From Candidatus Krumholzibacteriota bacterium (lineage in GTDB: Bacteria; Krumholzibacteriota; Krumholzibacteriia; JAJRXK01): a stretch of DNA of 64,000 nt. The position numbers were made by a program, and so were the translations under genes. Below are positions 58,955 through 64,000 of the stretch, piece after piece (position 1 is the stretch's first letter; each line of letters opens with the position of its first letter). The notes beneath the pieces were generated by a model. The model was not told the origin of the DNA, searched no databases, and was given only the letters and a program-made list of their open reading frames with translations. The stretch is taken from assembly GCA_963806035.1 (NCBI GenBank), contig CAWDWO010000023.1:60521-124520 (forward strand), given 5' to 3'.

Positions 58955-61510
58955 CTAGCGCAGTAGAGTGAGTCCACCCGTCCGTTGCCGGCCCTCAACT
59001 TCGAGCAACACCTTGTAGCTCCCGCTCGCCACCGCGCGCCCCTCATCGTCCACTCCATGCCACGGGACACGATGCCAACCCACGGATCCAGCTTCTCCAT
59101 GACTCCACACCTTACGACCCCTGGTGTCGAAAATTCGCAGGTGCGCGGGCGATGAATTGGATTGGTAATAGACGATCTCCGTCGATGGATTGAAGGGATT
59201 GGGGACAGCGCCCTGCAGCACCAAAGCAGATGTAGCCGGGATCTGGAAAGTGACCTCCTCGGAGAGGTACTCCTCTCCTCCAGCGCGCCCCAAAACGGAA
59301 TAGATACCCGAGCGCTCGGATAGAGGCAGCGTGAGGTCAATCTGCTGTTCTCCAACGACCGGATCGTAGATCGTTGCGAGAGTTTCTGTGGGTCCCCCGT
59401 TTCGACTACGCAAGATCCCGAATGACTCCCAGCTGAGGGATGGAAGCGCGTCCCACCGCACACGCACGCCTCCATCGATGGAGTCCACAGAGAGCTGAGT
59501 CAGGGCCGCAAGAACCGGGACCGCGACCTCACAAGGCGGCGGGTAGAGCAGTGCACCTCCGGTGGGGTCGGCCACCAGAATCCCCCCACTCGCCACGGAG
59601 ACGCTCGCTGCCGTGTAGTCGGGCGGCGCGACGCCCTTCAATTGCGGATAGAGAGGATCCTGGAGATCGAAGAGTACGAGCCCCTGGGCACCATGAGCTC
59701 CGGCTAAGAGGTTTCCGGATACGGTGAGATCCACGCACTCGGTCAGTCGTGCGCTGACCGTATTCAAGAGCGAGGGAGCCTGTGGATTCGAGACATCGAA
59801 GACCTGGATCCCACCACCCATCACGTAGAGATAGTCACCGGACCGCACCATTCCAGTGGCCCCATCGTGCGCCAAGGGTACTTCCCTGGCCACTTGCATT
59901 CCAGCGGCATGATCAGGAACGGGCTCGAGAATCTTGATGGAGTTTGCATCGAGCGAATACCAGGCACCGTTCACTGGGTAAGTGCCATACCAGCAGCACG
60001 CCCGAATGACGTGGGGCTCTTCGCCTACGGATCGATCCCAGAGTGTCTGGGTGTAGCTGTTATCGCCGGACTGATACCGAAAAGAAACAGAAACCTGATG
60101 TCCGTCTTGATGGAAGGTCACACCGGTACTGGCAGTAGAGCCCGTCGAGATGCTCCTGAGTAATCGAATATCAGGAGGGTCACCAAGATCGAGAACATAG
60201 ACGACCGGATAGTTGAGATCCCCATAATAGTAGTCGTGGTAGTAGTTACTGACAGCCACATACGCGTAGCGACCGTCACACACCGCATTGTCGGCGCGTT
60301 TGGGATAGGTCTCCATACTCGCGATTTCGGCCCATTCCCCTGCGCTGTTCTTTTCGATCACCTTGATCCCGTCGTACCCGAGGGTCACGAGAGCACGCGT
60401 ACCTTCGTCGATCCAACAGGCAGCTCCAACCCCCTCTCCCTCCGCATAGACCTTGTCGTATTTCAAGTTCTCGGGCCGTGATAGATCGAGCGACCACAGT
60501 GCGTCACTACCGAGCAGATAGGCAAAGTGATGGCTTTCGTCAAGGACCATGGAATTGATCCCCACGAGTATGTTCAAGGCACCAATGGCCCTGATCTCTT
60601 CTGGATTGCTGAGATCGAATGCGTGGAGACGCCCCGGATAACACACGGCGAACAGGGTGCCATTTTCAACCGCCAGCCTGGAAGCGTGAAACTCCCACCT
60701 GGAATAGACATCAGGCAAGGGTATGAACTGCCGTTCCTGAGGATGGCCCGGGTCCGCGATTGAAACCGTGTGAAGACCGTTCTCGTCGACGAAGTAGAAC
60801 CAGTCTCCCAGCAGTGTGGCGGAGAGCATCTTGGGCCAACTCACTGTGTTGGTCACCAGCTGCGGCGCATCAGGATCAGTCGCGTCCACAAGCATCATTC
60901 CGCCACCGGCTGGACTCAGTAGGATCTGTCCGTCTTCGACATCCATGAGCGACCCTCGACGGGGCAGCACGAATGTGGCACGAACATACGCGGAATCGTC
61001 GACGGGAAGTTCGAAGATACGCATCGTGTCCTGCGCTACGGCAACGAAGGTCCTGCTTCCCAGGGTCGCAATATCTGAGATTCCAATGCTCGGGAAAAAG
61101 CTCTGTGGAACGAGGCTGGAATTCTCTCCTACATGGAACACGTAGACGCCGATGTCGCTGAGGCGCGTTGCCACCACCAGGTCCTCGCCTACTTGGACAA
61201 TGCCGTGTAAGTAGCTCTGGTTCGTTGGGAGGGTGTAGGTACCGGTCTCTCTCGGAGCGTCGGGAATCGCCAAACTCATCCTGTGTAAAGTCGACCCGTT
61301 GACCACGAACGCCGTGCCTTCGCTGCGGGTGATAAACTCACCTCCGATGCTCAGAGGCACGGGCTCGCGCATCAGGTTCGAGTAATCGGCACACTCTGGA
61401 TTCGCACTGCAAATCCGCGGTAGGATCAGGAAGATCGTGAGAACCAAGAACAGAGTTCGGGGAATCTCAGCGTACCAGCGCGAATTTCTTGGTATAGACG
61501 TGACCTTCAT
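58955..61510 (-). CDS. Secreted LVIVD-repeat beta-propeller protein with C-terminal FlgD-Ig/T9SS-CTD-like domain
   Basis: Signal peptide; repeats such as LVDATDPDAP, FDLSNPEE, FDVSNPQAP, FDLQDPLYP; C-terminus PNPFNPSTEI...IFDTRGR...W.G.DD.GR.VASG.Y. Confidence 0.85.
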   Translation of the reverse strand: MKVTSIPRNSRWYAEIPRTLFLVLTIFLILPRICSANPECADYSNLMREPVPLSIGGEFITRSEGTAFVVNGSTLHRMSLAIPDAPRETGTYTLPTNQSYLHGIVQVGEDLVVATRLSDIGVYVFHVGENSSLVPQSFFPSIGISDIATLGSRTFVAVAQDTMRIFELPVDDSAYVRATFVLPRRGSLMDVEDGQILLSPAGGGMMLVDATDPDAPQLVTNTVSWPKMLSATLLGDWFYFVDENGLHTVSIADPGHPQERQFIPLPDVYSRWEFHASRLAVENGTLFAVCYPGRLHAFDLSNPEEIRAIGALNILVGINSMVLDESHHFAYLLGSDALWSLDLSRPENLKYDKVYAEGEGVGAACWIDEGTRALVTLGYDGIKVIEKNSAGEWAEIASMETYPKRADNAVCDGRYAYVAVSNYYHDYYYGDLNYPVVYVLDLGDPPDIRLLRSISTGSTASTGVTFHQDGHQVSVSFRYQSGDNSYTQTLWDRSVGEEPHVIRACCWYGTYPVNGAWYSLDANSIKILEPVPDHAAGMQVAREVPLAHDGATGMVRSGDYLYVMGGGIQVFDVSNPQAPSLLNTVSARLTECVDLTVSGNLLAGAHGAQGLVLFDLQDPLYPQLKGVAPPDYTAASVSVASGGILVADPTGGALLYPPPCEVAVPVLAALTQLSVDSIDGGVRVRWDALPSLSWESFGILRSRNGGPTETLATIYDPVVGEQQIDLTLPLSERSGIYSVLGRAGGEEYLSEEVTFQIPATSALVLQGAVPNPFNPSTEIVYYQSNSSPAHLRIFDTRGRKVWSHGEAGSVGWHRVPWHGVDDEGRAVASGSYKVLLEVEGRQRTGGLTLLR

Positions 61511-63724
61511 TCTCGATCCTCAGAAAGTAGGTTCCGCGAGCCACACGGCGGCCGCCACCGTCTCTCCCGTCCCATTGCAGGACGTGGGTTCCCTGGGACA
61601 GATTGCCGTTCTGGATGTGCGCGATGCACCTTCCCGCCAAGTCGTAGATCTCCGTCGAGACCGCGCTCGTGCGTGACAAGGAAAACGAGACGCGCAAGTT
61701 GCCCCGCACCGGATTGTCCAAAATCTGTGGTCCAATGGCGGCTAACGAGACCTTTTCGACCTTGTTCCGCTCCTCTTGGTAGAACAATCCGTCCACCTGA
61801 GCTTGAACGAAGTGTCCCGCGCGTTGGGCAGGATAGATTTTGGTGTACGGATCGGAACCCTGTGGACGCACGTTCATCGCCAGGCTTCCTCCTTGGACCA
61901 TGAGCGTTGAGGGTCGGTGGAGAAGGGAGCCCTCCTGCAGACCCAGCAGCTTCGGATTTCCCGAGCGCCAATCGTAAATTTGGGTTCCAGAGGGCCGGCT
62001 GGTGTAGAGAATCCCCTCGCGGAGACAGCTGCCCGAGAATTTCTCGCCAGGAAGTACGATCTTTGGCGCCGAAATCTGGCCGCGTCCCCGGTAACGACAG
62101 GCCTGCAGACTGCCGTCCTGGGTTCGTGCCACGATGTCACCGTGGTCGACATTGAACCCGCTGGGAACAAACTCCAGATCCCTCCGAGCCACGATTTGCG
62201 GAGACGACGGATCCTCGATACTGATCCCGATGAGTTCGCTGTCCCTCGCCAGGCACCACACGATCGTGCCGTCGCGGTGAAGTTCTTTCCAGGGCGCCAT
62301 ATCGGCAGCTTCGATGCGGCCGATCAGAGCTCCCCAGCCGCGATACTGTGAATCTCGATGCCGCGCTGCCGATTGAGGAGAATCACATTATTCCCCACCA
62401 CCGCACCTTCATCGATCGGATCCTCTGCATAGAATCCACATTCGAAGGAAGGCAACGCGTTTGCTGGATTGAGACGGAAAACCTGCACGTACGAAAAAGA
62501 GAAGATCAGCAGACGATCCTCGCTGGTATGGAGACCGGAGATACCCGTTCCTACGTAGGTTCGGCTGCTCAAGGAAGGCTCCGGTGTACTTTCCAGGCTC
62601 CAAACATCAATCGTCGGGCTCAGATATCGAAGGAGAAAACGCCCGTCTGAGAGTGAGAACGGGTGGAATCTTGGGCCAGTCAATCTCACCGATACTGGGC
62701 GGCGTCTCGCGGGACGGATCCAGGAGAATCTCCGCGATTCCCGAGCTAGCGCTGAGGACCCAGGCCCGATCTCCACGGACGACCGCTTTCTCCGGTGTTT
62801 GCAAGACGGTCCAAATTGAAGTCCGATCCCCCTGCAGCGTTCAGAGTTTGCACACCAAAGGACCCCAGCAACAAGAGCCCACCATTCCACGGGTAGACTT
62901 CGTCGGGCATGCCAACGACCTGGTAACTTCGGTCGAAGGAAATTTCGCCGTCTTCGTCGATCCGATAGCTCTCGATGGACGAATTGGGAGCCCCTAACCA
63001 CACCCTATTGCCCTTGGCTGAGATGAGGTGCCGTCGAGGTGGAAGGGTCACTCCACGGGCTTCGCTTCCATAGAGATCTGAGCCAGCCGGGTAGGCGATG
63101 AGTTCAGCGTCGCGCAAAAGCCAAAGCTGAGAACTGCTTGCCACCCAGTCGTCGCACTCGAGGGGGAAGACCTGGGGGCTACCCTTGGTCGGAGGATCCA
63201 TGCGAAAGATGACCCTCAACTTCTCGATGTACGAAGTCCATTCGTCGTACTGCCAGTCGTAGCGCTCCTTGGTGGTCCAGATCTCGTAGATCAGCGCGTT
63301 TCCCAACACATGGGATTATGGATATAGCCAGTGTTGCGGACGAATTCTACGGCCGGCGCATCCGGGTTCGAGACATCGATCCACTCCAGAAACCCATCCT
63401 GTTCGTCGCCGTTCATCGCTGGTTTTTCGACGAACAGGTAAAACTCGCCGGCGCGCTCGACAAGAAAACGCGCCATGTCGCCCACGGAAACACTGCCCCG
63501 CTGAACCAGCGCATGGTGCTTACGGCGGTCCAATCCCATACCGTAACCACGCCTTCACTCAATACCAGAAAGAGCCCTTCGTACGAAGCGATGGAGGATC
63601 CGGCTGCCGCCGACAATTGCGTTTCGTAGAGCGAGGGCCACTCGGCGTAGTCCACAGCCTCGGTGGCCCGGGCCTCGATTGGATGAAGGCAGAACAGTAG
63701 AAGTAGTGAGATGTAGACTCGCAT
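61467..63724 (-). pseudogene. Second secreted beta-propeller + FlgD-Ig CTD gene, broken by about five frameshifts (pseudogene or sequencing errors)
   Basis: Consecutive pieces in ORFs 63413-63730 (signal peptide), 63291-63539 (IDVSNPDAP), 62746-63309, 62607-62804, 62324-63001 and 61467-62300 (IYDLAGR...WDGRDGGGRRVARGTYF) tile into one protein of about 750 aa. Confidence 0.7.
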
Positions 63725-63750
63725 GACCACTCGCTATCGGAGCCAATACG

Positions 63751-63779
63751 AGCATACAGGACATTGAGGTCTGACTCAA
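63751..63779 (-). promoter_or_regulatory. Sigma70-like promoter TTGAGT-N17-TATGCT
   Basis: Exact 17-nt spacing, 26 nt upstream of ATG 63724. Confidence 0.5.
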
Positions 63780-64000
63780 GGCAACTCGGCCGGCCCGTCC
63801 CCCTGCAGCGCTCCCCGCGGTAGATCGAGGCCGGTGCAAATGGCCGTGGAGTCGGGGTTGAGTGCGAAGCGGCCGAGCGCCACCCAGGAGAGCGAGGCGG
63901 GCCAGCCCAGATTCAGAAGATGATGGGAGAGTTGGGCGGAACTCCAGACGCGTTCCCCGCAGGATCCTCGGTATCCAGCTTACGGCAGGAGCTGGAGACG

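Noticed and set aside
1..64000. tRNA, rRNA, known riboswitches, prophage, anti-phage defence genes
   Set aside because: Intergenic gaps were inspected by eye and no diagnostic motifs were recognised; a covariance-model scan would be needed to exclude them formally.

Overview
GC-rich (roughly mid-60s % by eye), densely coding bacterial chromosome segment from a diderm. The FlgD-Ig-type C-terminal domains and a C-terminal [ST][WF]GxIKA motif suggest, by inference only, an FCB-related lineage such as Krumholzibacteriota, Latescibacterota or Eisenbacteria. It carries: (1) peptide uptake and degradation genes (OPT transporter, oppABC without an ATPase, M17 PepA, secreted M1 aminopeptidase); (2) acyl-CoA catabolism (two thiolases, three acyl-CoA dehydrogenases, Hbd, a split propionyl-CoA carboxylase with Mce, and a degenerate MeaB-like protein); (3) a minimal iscS-iscA/ygfZ Fe-S module, separated from pepA by a 1.26-kb IS with 27-bp terminal inverted repeats; (4) a GldA/F/G-DUF4340 ABC system, ispH, xseAB and pcrA/uvrD; (5) an envelope block uppS-cdsA-dxr-rseP followed by TamA, TamB and an unusual Zn-peptidase/beta-propeller/Omp85 protein; (6) a Ser/Thr kinase-TolB propeller sensor and tandem secreted beta-propeller proteins. 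Eight frameshifts are present (oppB, oppC, kinase, and five in the last gene); at least some are probably sequencing indels. No tRNA, rRNA or CRISPR array was recognised. The best candidates for new biology are the protease-bearing Omp85 next to TAM and a possible two-signal C-terminal protein-sorting system.
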